A stretch of DNA of 64,000 nt from Carcharhinus longimanus (taxonomy: Eukaryota), in the NCBI GenBank assembly GCA_030264375.1, contig JASCQW010000122.1:33024550-33088549 (forward strand), read 5' to 3'. Within the stretch, counting starts at the first letter, position 1, and every line of letters begins with the position of its first letter. The notes under the pieces were generated by a model that had not been told where the DNA came from, ran no database searches, and saw only the letters and a list, made by a program, of their open reading frames with translations. A program made the translations under genes and the position numbers. This document shows positions 23,962-37,705 of this stretch, one piece after another.

Positions 23962-24702
23962 AGTAAGGAGGTTGAAAGTGATTTTTATTTTAATTGCTAC
24001 TTTCATCTGGCTGGCTATACACCTCATCTCATTTAGCCTCGTAATCTCCAGAAGAATGCAAAGTCCCTCATGAGCCAAGGAAGCAGGAATGCTTAGCTGA
24101 GGGTGTTCCTGACTCTGGCCGCATTTCTTGTCGGCATTTGCCATTTTGTAACTAATTCTGCTGCCAATTTACCACAGGAAGTCTTGGTCTTCCAACTAAT
24201 CAAAAAAAAGAATCTTTGATTTTTTAACTTCAACATTTAAAATGCAGAAAATTCACAGAGGTGGAATCTCCTGTGTATTCACTCCCAGAGCGCTGTTAGT
24301 TTCCATATGTACACTGATGACACCTAACTCTGTATACATTGTTGTTGTTGAAAATAATCAAGGCATTAGGCAAATATCTGGCATAAAAGATTTTTTAAAA
24401 TCAGTTGCAAGCCACTAAACCACATCCACCCTGCTCTTCTATGTCCATGTCCAAACATATCTGGGCTCATTATAATGGGTCCATCCCCCAGACTAATTTT
24501 CCTGCAAGTATGCTGATTTAAATTTGATGCAAACTTAACCACTACATTAGGTGCAGCAGTGTGTTTCTTAACCTTTTATTGGGTGATTTTTATTTTAAAC
24601 TATACCCTCACTGAAGCCTATGCTGCGTGTATTATTCCTGTGAATCCATTTTCATGGTATCAGTAGCAAGTTGTATTGAAAATCTTCCATGATTGCACAT
24701 AT

Positions 24703-25100
24703 TGGGGCGATTCTCCCATTGCGACCTGCAAATTTTCTGGCGGATCCGGTCGGGAGAACACTGTGTCGGCCATTTTGCAAAATGCACGCGTGCATTCCGA
24801 CACATGTGTGTCTCCCAGATACAGGGAAGCAGGTGCAGTCGGGACCATGCTGGGAATGGAGGGAAAAGAGGAAAGTGATTTAAATCTATTTTTAATATAT
24901 TTTAAATGTAGTTTAAATGCAATTATCGGGGCCGGCATGGAACTTGCCGGCCTGATAGCATCTCCCATCCTGCCGGAGTGAAGGGGGGTGGGCAATCTGG
25001 GCCTCCCAGGGGGTTAGGCAGCGGGGGATGCCTCCTGGGCATTGGCACACTGGCAGTGCCGGCCTCTGCTCTCTGGCACCGCTCAAGGAGCAAAGTGCCT
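24703..25100. mobile_element. Left end of a Harbinger-like DNA element (runs into gap)
   Basis: TIR-like GGGGCGATTCTCCC, CpG-rich (young), TGGCAGTGCC motifs. Confidence 0.6.
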
Positions 25101-25200
25101 NNNNNNNNNNNNNNNNNNNNNNNNNNNNNNNNNNNNNNNNNNNNNNNNNNNNNNNNNNNNNNNNNNNNNNNNNNNNNNNNNNNNNNNNNNNNNNNNNNNN

Positions 25201-25325
25201 GGAGCACTATATTCTGCACCCTCTCCTTTCCTTCTCCCCATGTACTCTATGAATGGTATGCTTTGTCTGAATAGCGCGCAAGAAACAATTCTTGTCACTG
25301 TATACCAATACCTGTCAAATCAAAA
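25201..25325 (+). mobile_element. Second copy of the (ATCAA)n-tailed LINE 3' end
   Basis: Near-identical to 23819-23961 over about 90 bp. Confidence 0.6.
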
Positions 25326-26379
25326 GTAGTCTTACAATTTTTCAACCCAAATGTGAAGCTCCATAGCTGCTCCTCAACAAGTACGCATTTAATGCAGGTC
25401 CCCTTTCATATTAACTGAGCCAACAACAGTTGGGACAATGAATCCCTGTTGCCCAAGAAAATGCATGGAAATCATGTCACCACATAGTGAATATAATCTT
25501 ATTGATTGGAATGGGTAGAACAAGAATAAGAAAATAATGGTAACCTTTTTTGTTGTCACTTAAAACAAGAGTAACCAACCACTCACTGACTATGACCATG
25601 GGTAAATTTAATAGGACAGAGCCAAAGGAGGAGGGATTATGAGGGATGGGGAAAGGTTTTGTCAATAGTACAGGAAAGAAGTGGTTTTAAAGAGGAACTT
25701 ATACGAACAGAGGAAGCTGGAAACCCAGAGGGAATTAGGACTAATGGTATGTTAATTGTATAAAGGGCATATAAAGAGAGACTCTTCTCTCCCAAGTGAC
25801 CCTGGAGAGGGAGCATGTGGTGTCCATTGATACGCATGAGGCCTTCTACAAGTAGTGGGCACTGCGGGGGCTGTGTGTCATCAGCCCGAGGAACACCATT
25901 GTGATTTAATTTGCTGAGTTTCATTCTAAAGTTTGGTTTTAGTTACAGTGCTCCACCATGGATGTCACCCACTATTTTATTTGTTTATTTTATGGCTCAT
26001 TTGTTTTGTTAAAAGAGCATATAAAAGAGAGACTTTTAGCACCCAGGTATTCCTGGAGCAGGAACATGCAGTATCCACCAGTACGCTTGAAACTGGTTGG
26101 CCTTAGGAAGTGCATCAATGGTCCCATGTACATTATTTTCATTTAATTTGATGAGTTTCCTTTGAAGTTTTGTCTTTTTGTTACAGTACCTCTTTAAGGA
26201 GCTGCTAAATTGTTTATTAATTAATTTGTTAATTGGTTTATTTTTATTGGCACTCAAATGAGTATAAAGAGAGATTTCTGAGATTAGAGGGGAGGCACAC
26301 ATCTGTAGTATTGCATTCGACAAATAAATCTAGTATTAAGTAAAAGACTGATCTGGTTACCAACTGCCTTCAGCATGAA

Positions 26380-26660
26380 TTAACATTAGCGTCTTCTGGA
26401 GAACAGTATCTAAATGTTTGAACTCATGACTGCTAACCACCAATGATAAAATGAAGGGAGAGGAAGCACATACGGCCAGAGTTTGAGGTACAAAGAATGC
26501 AGAGTTTTGTAGATTGGAGATTACAATGATATTGGACAGTGAAGTCACTGAGATATTTGAAAACGAGGGTGAGAATATTAAGTCTGAGGCATGGGACAGG
26601 AAACTGATGTGAACACAGGTGTGATGGGTAAAGGATAAAATATAGGTTCAGTAGAGATTC
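26380..26660 (-). mobile_element. Old L2-clade LINE fragment
   Basis: Minus strand PITPVFT..PVPCLRLNILTLVFKYL resembles the L2 HITPVLxxLHWLPV..FKILxLVFKxL motif. Confidence 0.6.
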
Positions 26661-27092
26661 TGAATTGGAGTACATCCATAAGGTTGTGAAACCATGCTTC
26701 ATACCAGGAATTGGTCCAGAGTTTTATGTTGATTAGGCAGGCACATACCCGCAGGAGAGGACATCCGCTACGCATCTTGATGTCATTGCACTTTCGCACA
26801 ATAATTCGGTTGAATGGTGCATGCAAGAGTTGGAAGCCCATCTGCCAAAAATCAAGCAGGCAATTTAGCCCATTAAGGGGCCAATTGAAATCAATTTTAC
26901 ACGGCCCAATGTGCTTTTACGGTTGGTGAGCAGGCCAATTATCCAGGCAGCCTTTACGCTTTAGCTTCCACCTCTTTTCTTCATTTTTAAAATTCAAGCA
27001 AACCTGTCTATGTGTGTTTTTTATAGCCACAGCAAGTAAACCGCTGAATACTCATTGAATTGGCAAACAGATCACTTAAAAACAAAAACTCT

Positions 27093-27216
27093 GGATGGAA
27101 TGTTCCGCATCCCCTCGGCATGTCTCGCCGCAGCCGACAGCAGCCCACCATTCACCAGTGGTGGGGATTTGCTGTCAGTGGGACCAGAAAATTCCACTGG
27201 CTGGAAAATTCCATCC
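27093..27216. mobile_element. 124-bp Harbinger-type MITE
   Basis: TIRs GGATGGAATGTTCC / GGAAAATTCCATCC; flanks TCT / TTT. Confidence 0.75.
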
Positions 27217-28458
27217 TTTGTCATGGTCAAATGAAGAGTGGGAAAAGAGGCAAAACATTCGACCTTTCCTCACCTGATCATAACAATAAAGATTTGGAGC
27301 AATTGAGGCTGATGGTGACAAATATGTGGGTGGTTTCGCAGCTCTTGGCTGTAACAGAGGTAGAAATAGAAGATCAGGTGGTCATTCTGAAGGAAATAAT
27401 ATGAGGTAAGGAGATCATCTCAGAATGAAACAATCTGGAACAGTAGTTATAAGGAATGGGGTTAGTACTATGAATACACAATGTTGTGGCACCGCAGATG
27501 GTAGGTGCCGAGCTGTCCAAAACCTAAGTGAAACTTGAAACAGCTGTCAAAACAGTTTTGCAATTTGTGTATTATGAGGAGGTTTTCCAAAATCTGAAAA
27601 TGACTTCTCAGACTAATTGTGGCGATTTAACATGAACCATCCATTAATATAAATAATTACAAACTACATTTAAGCAAAAGAATACCTTTGACCCAGTTTA
27701 CAGTACTTTATAAACCTTTCTGAACAGATCTTGGTCAAATTTTTCAGAGCTAAACCATCCCCCTACCCTTGTGATGCCAACAGTCCTTATAGATTTTCTA
27801 AGCTATGAAATTCCAGTGATATTATCACATAATGCCTTGTGGATCTTACGGTATTCTTTGAGGGTGACAGTTAATTATCTTTCCAGGTTAGGCCTTGCCA
27901 CATTCTAAGTAGTATTCTCTGATCTCGTTCACACCACCCCCACTGCCAGCGAGAATGAAGAAGTTGGTGCTCAGCCACTGTAGCAACACCGGAGAATCCT
28001 AACGGCAGACAAAATCAGAGGTTTCTGGCATTTGTCTTTGTTGAGATCTTACCTTCCACCACCACGGACACACCTTCAATGTTTTCTTAAATTTGTTTCT
28101 GTTCTTTGATCTTATCCTCTACCGTTTCCTACAAGCCTTTAGAAGCTCAATCTTCCCAGAATTGATTAACCCTTGTCTTTACTTTTTTTTAATTTTAAAA
28201 GTAAACTTACCCATCTTTCCTCATATATTTACAGTCTTCCATTTATATGTTCCCTTTTCATGTACAATAGCCAACTTTAAACTATCTCTTTCTTTTCCTT
28301 ATATAAATTCTTATGTAATATCTTCTTGCACCCCTAGTTCATCTACATATTAAGCCACTTGCTTCACGCTTTCCTTATTGATGTTTGAGCTTTGAAGCTT
28401 GCTGTTTCTAATTCCATTCAACAAATCACACCCCCATCAGCTTGGTTTCCATATATAT

Positions 28459-28579
28459 GCCAAAATTCTACTGCCCCGCCTATCATGGAATTGGAGCAGC
28501 TGAGGGGCAGACAATGGGAGTGTTGCTGACCTCGGGAGGAATTTCTGGACTCGCTCGAACGAGGTTGTAAAATCCTGCC
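28459..28579. mobile_element. Harbinger-type MITE related to 13524-13662
   Basis: GCCAAAATTCTAC..GTAAAATCCTGCC; interior CATGGAATTGGAGCAG like the 13524 copy. Confidence 0.6.
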
Positions 28580-28680
28580 TATTCAATGTGAAATTCCAAA
28601 AACAAAACAACATTGAAACTCCTTATTCCTGACAAGAATGACAGCTGAGAACGACCCACACGACAAGATGTGCTAAGCAG

Positions 28681-28811
28681 GCTCTGGCGAAAGGTCATCT
28701 AGACTCAAAACGTTGACTCCATTCTCTCTCACAGATGCTGTCAAACCTGCTGAGTTTCTCCAACATTTTCTGTATTTATTTCAGATTCCAGCATTTGCAA
28801 TATTTTACCTT
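28681..28811 (+). mobile_element. Short Penelope-like element with decayed hammerhead motif (copy C)
   Basis: GCTCTGGCGAAAGGTCATCTAGACTCAAAACGTTGACTC..CACAGATGCTGTCAAACCTGCTGAG..CAGATTCCAGCA. Confidence 0.8.
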
Positions 28812-29173
28812 AGTCTATGATTGGATACTGCCTGCCCCTTGCCATGACATGTGTTTTTGGAACTGCATGTTATTGGCTGGGTTTACCAGGGTCCTGCTGA
28901 CTTAGTAATTCTTAATATTTGAACTGACTAATTTGACAGCTCCCCTTTCTATTCAATGTAGTTGATGTTTCCACAGCTCTTAAGTCTTCCATTTTCACCA
29001 TTTGATCAGATGATCAACCAATAGTAACAAAGGAAGCAGCATGCAAACAACAACAAAATAAATATTTACACAACATACTTTTCAATTTCAATTTTCAGGT
29101 GTCTTAAACTGATTTTGGAAGTTCCCTACTTCCTGTGCCAACCACCTTACTTTGTCTCTGAGTTGAACTGTTT

Positions 29174-29470
29174 TAGAACATAGAACATAGAACATAGAAC
29201 ATTACAGCGCAGAACAGGCCCTTCGGCCCACGATGTTGCGCCGNNNNNNNNNNNNNNNNNNNNNNNNNNNNNNNNNNNNNNNNNNNNNNNNNNNNNNNNN
29301 NNNNNNNNNNNNNNNNNNNNNNNNNNNNNNNNNNNNNNNNNNNATACCTATAGAACGCCTTAGGATTCTCCTTAATCCTATCAGCCAAAGTCTTCTCATG
29401 TCCTCTTTTAGCCCTTCTTATCTCACTCTTCAACTCCCTCCTAGCCAATCTAAAGCTTTCTAGTTTTAAG
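29174..29470 (-). mobile_element. Young CR1 LINE collapsed across an assembly gap
   Basis: (TAGAACA)n tail before the gap; RRELKSEIRRAKRGHEKTLADRIKENPKAFYRY ORF2 after it. Confidence 0.85.
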
Positions 29471-29542
29471 CATCAATATGTGTAGAATTAAGAAGTTTTC
29501 TCAATGGATCTCATTTCTAAAGGCTGAGCTAACACTGTTCCA

Positions 29543-29905
29543 TTTTTTTTATTCATTTGTGGGACATGGATGTCACTGGTTGGCCAGCATTTATTGCCCA
29601 TTCCTAGTTGACTTTGGAGGGCAGTTGAGAGCCAACCACATTGCTGAGGCTCTGGAGTCATATTTGACCAGACCAGGTAAGGATGGCAAATTTCCTTCCC
29701 TAAAGGACATTAATGGACCAGATGGGTTTTTCTGACAATTGACAATGGTTTCGTGGTCATCAGTAGATTCTTAGTTCCACACATTTTGATTGAATTCAAA
29801 TTCCACCAGCTGCCATAGCAGGATTCGAATCCACTTCCACAGAACATTAGCTAAGTTTCTGGGTTAATAGTCTAATAGTAATACCATTAAGCCACAGCCT
29901 ACCCC
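29543..29905 (-). mobile_element. tRNA-derived SINE family 2, full length
   Basis: Reverse complement of 22076-22430; B-box GGATTCGAATCC. Confidence 0.88.
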
Positions 29906-30156
29906 ATTTGTCTGCCAACCCTTGCACTACCATCCCACGGATTAGCATTCTCTGCTATCATTCTGAAGTCAAAGTTGCATTCATAATTGTTGGACAAAGG
30001 TCAAGAAGCCTGTAAAAAGACTATGAAGTCTTGCTCTGAATGGTAATGGATATTTGTGAGGTATATATACACCTAATGAAGTTAATTTTCTCAAGTTGCA
30101 TACAAGAAAATTTCTACTAATATCGGTGCATGAATTAAAGGAGTCAGCTTGATTTT

Positions 30157-30410
30157 GAACAAAGAAAGAACAAAGAAAATTACAGCACAGAACAGGCCCT
30201 TTGGCCTTCCAAGCCTGCACCATCTGATTTAAAACTCCCAATCCTTCCAGGGACCATCTACCTCTATTCCCATCCTATTCATGTATTTGTCTAGACGCCC
30301 CTCAAAAGTAACTACCTTTTTTGCTTCCACTTCCCCCTCCGACAGCGAGTTCCAAGCACCCACCACGCTCTGTGCAAAAAAATTGCCTTATACATCTCCT
30401 TTAAAACTTT
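30157..30410 (-). mobile_element. CR1 3' end
   Basis: GAACAAAGAAAATTACAGCACAGAACAGGCCCTT..GAGTTCCAAGCACCCACCACGCTCTG. Confidence 0.8.
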
Positions 30411-31059
30411 ACGAAGAATCCTAAGGCTAACAGTGCTCATCACTATTTAGGTGCAAACCAGATAATAAAGGTCAGCAACCACATGCATAGATGAATGCAG
30501 AAATCCAGATGTTGTTGTCTGAAAGGCTCTGCTCCTCCAGAGAACCAAGATTTGAATAGATCACCCCAGCACTCAATGGCCCCTGTGGCAGTTTTTGGTC
30601 TGCGTTTGGGAATGACAGCTTTGAGCACTCCTCAAAATGAAAATGGGAACTGATGGGGCAACTTCCTCTGAGGCTAGTGTGGTGAGCCAGGAAATTTCCT
30701 GACTGATCCTAACCAAAACACCTTGGGAAAGTTAAAAAAAAAATTTGTCTCTCATAATCATATCTTTCTTTCCTTCAATTTATTTCACTTTCTGTTCCCA
30801 ATATGATGTAAGTAGTCTAATTAGTAAGTAGTCTAATTCCTGTTGTAGACTCTATCCTGTTCATCAGCAATTTGTCATTGTGACTGGTTAAGGAACTATT
30901 CAGTTGATTGCCCTGATTGCACATGCCCTGTAGAGGGTGCAGCTCTGTTTGGACGGATGGCCAAAAGTAACTTGCCACGCAAAAGCCCATAGAGTGTCAG
31001 TGAGCCAGTACAAGTCTAAAAAATGGCTGATCTTCTCAGGGCAAAATCCAGCCTACTTA

Positions 31060-31565
31060 TTTTATTTTTCCATGGGATGCGAGTGTTAAAAGCTAGGACA
31101 GCATTTGTTGCCCAACTCTAATTGCCCTTGAACTGGCTTACTTATCCATTTCAGAGGGCAGTTAAGAATGTGGATTTGGAGTCCCATGTAGGACAGGTCA
31201 GCTAAGGATGGCAGATTTCCTTCCCGAAAGAAGCATTCATGAACTAGAGGGGTTTTTACAACAATCTATGGTGGTATAATGGTCACCATTGCTGAGACTA
31301 TGGCCGGAATTCTCCAATCTCACCCTATGGCTGGGTTTCTCCAGTCTCGCTGCAGCAAATGGAGGTGTGGCTCAGTGCCAAATTATCTGTTCTCACTAGC
31401 AGTGATGGCAGGGTTTGCAACATTAGAAAATTCTGGCCTAGCTTTCAATTCCAGATGTTATTAACTGAATTTAAAATCCATAAGCTGCCCTGGTGAGATT
31501 CGAACTTATGTCCCCAAAGCATTAGCCTGGGTCTCTGTATTACTAATTCAACACCGCCATCTCCC
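31060..31565 (-). mobile_element. SINE family 2 carrying a MITE insertion
   Basis: Family-2 body GGATGGCAGATTTCCTTCCC and B-box GAGATTCGAAC, split at GAGACTAGCTTT. Confidence 0.8.
31302..31438. mobile_element. 137-bp Harbinger-type MITE
   Basis: TIRs GGCCGGAATTCTC / GAAAATTCTGGCC; TSD TAT/TAG (one mismatch). Confidence 0.8.
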
Positions 31566-33202
31566 TAGTTGCCACCGTATCGTATCTATATCCAGTTAGC
31601 GATTGCTATTGGACAAGGCTGAGTTAGACTGCAAACCCGAGAAATCACCATGTGGTCCCAGCTGCACCTTTTTTCTCTGTACGCAGCCCCAGGTTCAATA
31701 GTCCCTCCAGCTTCAAACCTGACCTCGCTCCCCTCTCATCTTCAAATCCATGCTACTAATTCAAAAAGATCCAACTTTTATTTTCCAGATCAATTCTATT
31801 CTGGACACATTCCATTTGATATGTGACCCACGGCTATGTTTCTCCCTTCCTGGGGATTTCGTCAGCCTCAACTTTGAGCCTCTCAAGATTCCTGCCTCAG
31901 CATTGTTCCCCACTGTATCCATGTCCCTGTTGCAATCCTTGACTCTATCATTCACTCTTATGAAAAATTACGAACTCAGATATTTACTGACAACTTATAC
32001 AGCCAAGAGCTAAGCAGGTAATTTAAAAACATGCACAGAGTTTGTAAAGTACAACTAAAATACATGGAAAAAGCAGCAGAAAGAATAATTACATTGAACT
32101 GAAAAATAAACGGAGGCCAAATATATAAACTATTTTCCAAATAAAATAATACGGAAAATAATCAACATTATTAGGGAATAAAACTGCAGGTTTTTTTTAG
32201 TTATTCTGTTTAATATGTTCAATTTTTAAATAATTTTATACGACACAAGGGAGATTAATTACCAATGAAAAATAACTACTAAAAAAGTGCATGTGGCACA
32301 TGAGCAGTCACTATAGAATGTGGAAAATATTCCACAAGGTGACTGGACTACATTACTCACAGTAATGATGATTTAATTATTGAGGAATATTTAATTCTTG
32401 GTCATTTACAAATTCCATTCATAGTATGAAAATCATCATTGTTTTGTACCACTCACTTTCACAGAAATGTAGCCAAATGCATGAAGGAATTAGATATGCT
32501 GTTGCTATAGTACATTACTGTGCTCCTAGAAGTCCTTAACATATGTGCACCATTTGTTCGGGTGCATTGTTTAGACCTAAGCAACGCCCACTGTTGTTCA
32601 GTGGATGTTGTTCAATGGGTACATGAACAATTTTCACCATAAATTCATTTCCTCTACATAAAGTATTTTTTGAGGAGAGAATTATTGACTCTTCAGTGCA
32701 ATATAACAAAGAGACCGTTGAGAGAACTAATGTCCAGTTCAATAAAAAAATGTGTGCTACGGTAGACATCAAACATGCAAAATAGTAAAAAGTGTCAAGT
32801 AGTTGGATGAGCAATTCTTTCCTATGAACTTAGCCCTTCCTGCACTGCACCTTGTTTTCCCATTAATTGTGTGAGTGGTTGGCTTGCTCCCAAACCTCTG
32901 CCTGTGATGTTTTGTAAGATGCTAAAAGATGGCCAAGGGCAGCCTTGCAATGCTGCCTGTCTGATTGTTCATTGCTCTCTGTATGGAAATGGTTCTACGC
33001 TGCTTTGAACACCCGATTCACATCCTGGTTGAGGTCAGGAAATCACCATATTGATTAGACAGAATCTTTTTTGATCCAGATGGTAGAACCATGCCCAAAA
33101 TACTTGGTTCTTAATGAACTTTTCTACACAACAAACACTCTCTGATACTACTGTATTTTGCATCAGAATTAAAGTGCAAAAAAAAGTTCCAAAATGTTAA
33201 AT

Positions 33203-33303
33203 AAAAACAGGAAGTGCTGGGAAAAACTCAGCAGGTCTGGCAGCATCTGTGGAGAGAGAAACTGAGTTAATGTTTTGAGTTCAATATGACTCTTCTTTAG
33301 AAC
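33203..33303 (-). mobile_element. Short Penelope-like element with hammerhead-like motif (copy D)
   Basis: Minus strand GTTCTAAAGAAGAGTCATATTGAACTCAAAACATTAACTC..; 11-bp TSD AAATGTTAAAT at 33192-33202 and 33304-33314. Confidence 0.85.
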
Positions 33304-35356
33304 AAATGTTAAATGTGTAATTTAATTAAAATGAATAAAGAGGATGTAGCACTTAGCCAATAACTACAGAGGTCATTTTTTGAAATAACATTGTCCAAAT
33401 GATATGTTAAACATTGCTTTGTGATCATACTGTGTCTGTGATATAGATTTAGCCACTTAAAAAAAATTGGATAAGTAAAACCATAACAGAGCTTATATTT
33501 ATTGACGGCTGTAACCCTACTGTACACTCATTGCCTCAATTTCAGTGTAATGCATAAACCAGATGTTTGACATGGCTGCACCTTCTCATAGCTTTAGCCT
33601 TCAGTAAATGTTTTACAACTACTCAATAGCAGTGTTTCCCATTCAAGACAGGAAGCTGAGGTAATCGTGAAACATGAGGACCAAGCAGGATCCTTAACTC
33701 ACATGCACGGCAGCTGGTGCTGTCTTCCTCTAGCACCTCTGGCACAGACCTGCTTCTGAGGATGACTGATACCAAAAGAGATGCATGAATTCAGTCAGTG
33801 ATAAGAGCTTTCCCATTCATTTAATCCAATAAGAAGTAATTCATCACACAATGGGAAGCATTTGAAAAACAGAGCCGTGACTAGGGAGATTAACCCCTCA
33901 AAAACAAGGGTTGACAACTGATTTGGTGCAGCACTTTAAAACATAGCTGTGAGCTGATTTGGCACATACTGTCATAGTAATGTGATTTCATTAAGGCTAC
34001 GAAAATTTAAGAAGTGCTAATTTGTTCCAGAAGATAACGTTATTGAATTTGTATGTTGTGGGGCTCTCGGACAATCGACCATGAATTATTTATGAGCATG
34101 CATGGGGTGTTCACACATTCCCCAAACATTGTTCAATTGCTTAGGATGAGTTTCTTGTCGGTGCTAAGTCAGGTCTTCAGAAAGGGGGAAAACAGAATAT
34201 TTATGCAGCATGGTAATAAATGACAGCCCTTATTGTATTTCGCTACATTTCCCGAATCATCGATTCAATAAACAGTTAGACATTGTCTTGTTTGCATGCT
34301 TACAGGATTCAAACATAAAGGCTTTATATCAGAAAAAGGGAGAGAGAATGAAGTAAACATGAAGTAGTAGGGCTCTAATCGTTACCATTTAATAACAGTT
34401 TTATGTATGCTCTCTTTAAGAATGGGCGCAGTGCTGTTTCTGAATTGTAAATTTTGCTGTTAAGAGTGCAGGGCTCAACTGGGAATTAGTGGCCACTCAT
34501 TAACCAGTAAGATGTTATTTATTTATTTTGTTTATTAGGTGACATGTAATACTTATATCCAGAGGGAATCCCTCGGAGGACAGATGTTTCACAAGTTTGA
34601 CCTTGGTTGTTGTAACTATCTATGGTTTGCTTAGAATTCCAATAACATACAATGTTTTCAGATACTGATATTGTGCATGTTGAGTTGGATACCAGCGTCC
34701 TGAATGCCTTTTATTTCCCTCTAGCTTATGGGCTCATTCTGATAAGTGAACAAACGTTTTAGTCACAAAAAGCATTATTTTGTATGACTGCTCATACAAT
34801 CCGACACGGGCATGGTAATAAAATCAGTTGCTGGCAGCCATTTTGTGTTAATTCTGTTAGGCTGCACTATGTTTTTCAACACTAATCATTTCACATCCTT
34901 TCACGTGGATAAAAAAAATAAACTTTATGAAACAAAATATTGTAATTCAAGCTCAATGTATTTCCTAGAGGGCTCCTGCCTCAAGGCAGACTATTTCAAC
35001 TTGCTCGTGTGAGCAGGCGAGCAGTGTTACTTTATGAGACGTAGGTGCCAAATTGCTCTCTCCTCATCTGGCAGGAGGCATGATTATTGCTGGCTGAGCA
35101 AAACTAAAATATTTTCTTCATTTAAAGTGAGCATCACATCTGGTTTTTAAGCAGCAACCAGCTAAGGACTGAGGGACAAGTTAACATGGCCAATAGATTC
35201 TCTCATTAATGCTCTCACCCTACCCCAACACAGATCCTCTGAGCGGAGTTAAACTAGGTGTGTACCATACAACAATCTTTCAACCATTCAGTAATTCTTT
35301 CAAAGTCAAATATTGAATTTAGATCTGAACTCTGACCTCCATGTTGTTTAAAATAT

Positions 35357-35950
35357 GGTTGTACAGTGGTTAGCACAGTTACCTCACAGCGCCAGGAACC
35401 CAGATTTGATTCCTGGCTTGGGTCCTCCAAGCTTTCCGTGGCTTTCCATCAGGTACTCCGGTTTCCTCCCATAGTCTGAAAGATGTGCTGTTTACATGCA
35501 CTGGGGTGGCATAGTGGCACAGTGGTTAGCACTGCTACCTCACAGCGTCAGGGACCTGGGTTCAATTCTGGCCTCGGGTTACTGTCTGTGTAGAGTTTAC
35601 ACATTCTCCCCATATCTGTGTGGGTTTCCTCTGGCTGCTCCAGTTTCCTCCCACAGTCCAAAGATGTGTGGGTTAGGTTGATTGGCCATGCTAAATTGAC
35701 CCTAGTGTCAAGCGGATCAACAGGGTCAATATGTGCGGTTACAGGAATAGGGTCTTAGAGGGATTGTGGTTGGTGCAGACGCAATGGACCAAATGGCCTC
35801 CTTATGCACTGTAGAGAATCTATTGGCCATGCTAAGTTGTTCCTCAGTGTACCTGAACAGGCGCCGGAGTGTGACAACTAGGTGATTTTCACATTGCAAT
35901 GTTAATGTATGCCTACTTGTGGCACTAATAAATAAGCCTTAAAACTTAAA
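35357..35950 (+). mobile_element. V-SINE with alternative 3' tail, interrupted by a full HE1-like SINE (35503-35822)
   Basis: Two A-box heads; the outer element resumes TTGGCCATGCTAAG and ends GAACAGGCGCCGGAGTGTG..GCCTACTTGTGGCACTAATAAATAA. Confidence 0.85.
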
Positions 35951-36423
35951 TCTAACGTGGATTGCATTTATTTCAAATTCGAGCTCCTCTGATGTGATTG
36001 TCAAAATGTAATATTTAAGTACATCTAAATAGTACCAGAATTACAAACATTGATATGTTTAATTGTACATTAGACATCCCCTGTTTAAGGTGAGGAGTTT
36101 GTGTCACGCTGATAACATTATCCTACTGGAAGGAAACCTAAACAAAGAACTATATGTCTGTGTGTACATTAAACATGAAGTATACTTAGATGGTTTACAG
36201 TCCCTAAAGTACTATAAGAGCAGTAAAGGGCTGTACTATCCATAATGTTGAACTGTTGCTCGAGAGGACAGGGATATTCTTCAAATTAATATAAACTGAC
36301 CCTCAACTGAACGCTTGAAGGTTAGCATATCTGATATTGAATTACATCAAAACTCATCAATAATGCTTAGCTGTCATCTTCTCAGATTTTGGAGTGGGGG
36401 ATATCACACTAAACTGGCAAAAT

Positions 36424-36789
36424 GGGTGAGATTTTCTGGCCCTGTCCACTGGCAGGATCATCCAGACCCGCTGAAGGCAAGGCCCCAAGGCTGGGGTTCC
36501 CTGGGGGCTGGACAGGCAAGCCATGCAAAATGCCATAGACATCGGCAGAACTGAAAGATCTTGCCGGCAGCCAATGGTGAGCTGCCTCGACCGCTGGAAA
36601 ACACACTGTGGGAGGGCGGGGTGGGGGAATTTGGCAGAACATCTTTCCCTTTATTTATGATCAGTTTGGAGGGAATTTTCCATCCATTGGCGAACAATGG
36701 GTGGGACTAGAAAATCCCACACCGGCCAATGGCAAGCCGCCTCTGCCACTGCAAAACAAGCCATAGGTTAGGACGGGAAATTCCACCCC
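36424..36789. mobile_element. Two adjacent Harbinger-type MITEs (~36424-36640 and ~36668-36789)
   Basis: GGGTGAGATTTTCTGGCC; GGAGGGAATTTTCC / GGGAAATTCCACCC; shared GAAAATCCCAC..GCCAATGG core. Confidence 0.6.
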
Positions 36790-36849
36790 ATTCCTTTTAT
36801 ATATCCCCCCTCTTTTTAAACCCAATCTCTGCTGCCTTCTGCTATAAAG

Positions 36850-37140
36850 TCATGGAATTTTACAGCACAGAATGAGGCCATTATGTCCATTGTGCTCTTT
36901 GAAATATTTGCCCAAATTTAGTTGCACATCTTTGCTTTATCCCCATTTTTCTGCAAGGCACTCTTCAGGTACATGACAAATTGCCTTTTGAAAATTCCTC
37001 TGGTATCTGATTCCATCATTCTTCCAGTTAGTCTGTTCCACAGTAACCCTTGGTCTGAAAACATTTTCTTGATTTTCTGTCTCGTTATTTTTCCAATTAC
37101 TTTAAATCTACTTCATGTTAATAATCCACTTTCCAGAAGA
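36850..37140 (-). mobile_element. Old CR1 3' fragment
   Basis: CATGGAATTTTACAGCACAGAATGAGGCCATT tail signature. Confidence 0.55.
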
Positions 37141-37410
37141 AACTCTGGTGCTGGAATTTTTCGGGTTGCAAATGTGGAAGCGATTGATGAAGTTCCTCCC
37201 ACTTGACCTCTGTTTAGTCAATGCGATCTTACACCAGCCATTCAGGCAGCAATGCTGAATATTCAGCTTCCAAAGATGGAAGTTGTGACAGTGACTATAA
37301 ACTCACCTGATGAGGAAGGAAGTGTTGGTGGGCTATTGACAAGGCCATCAGCAACTGAGTCCTGATTTAAAGGGAGGCCTGCAAGAATCTGACAGCTGGC
37401 GATCTCATCC

Positions 37411-37705
37411 CCAATGTCCATTAACCTGCGACTCCCAAACATCCAGTAACCTGCGAATCCCCCCAAAACATCCAGTAACCTCCAACTCCCCAAAATATCC
37501 TATAACTTCTCACTCCCTAAACATCCAGTAACCCGCGACTCCCCCAAACATCCATTAATCTTCAACCCCAAACATCCAGTAACATGCGACCCCCATAACA
37601 TCCAATAATCGGTGACCCACCCCAAACGTCCAGTAACCTCTGTGACCCCCCAACATCCAGTAACCAGTGACTCGGCCGAACATCCAGCAATCTGCAACAC
37701 CCCCA
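37411..37705. repeat. Degenerate ~27-bp minisatellite (about 11 units)
   Basis: Repeated AAACATCCAGTAACCTGCGACTCCCCC variants. Confidence 0.85.

Noticed and set aside
32546-32630. Three short adjacent hairpins
   Set aside because: Short and partly overlapping; not distinguishable from chance without conservation data.
37411-37705. CRISPR-like repeat/spacer appearance
   Set aside because: Eukaryotic DNA, linkers are short and related to each other, no cas genes: a minisatellite.
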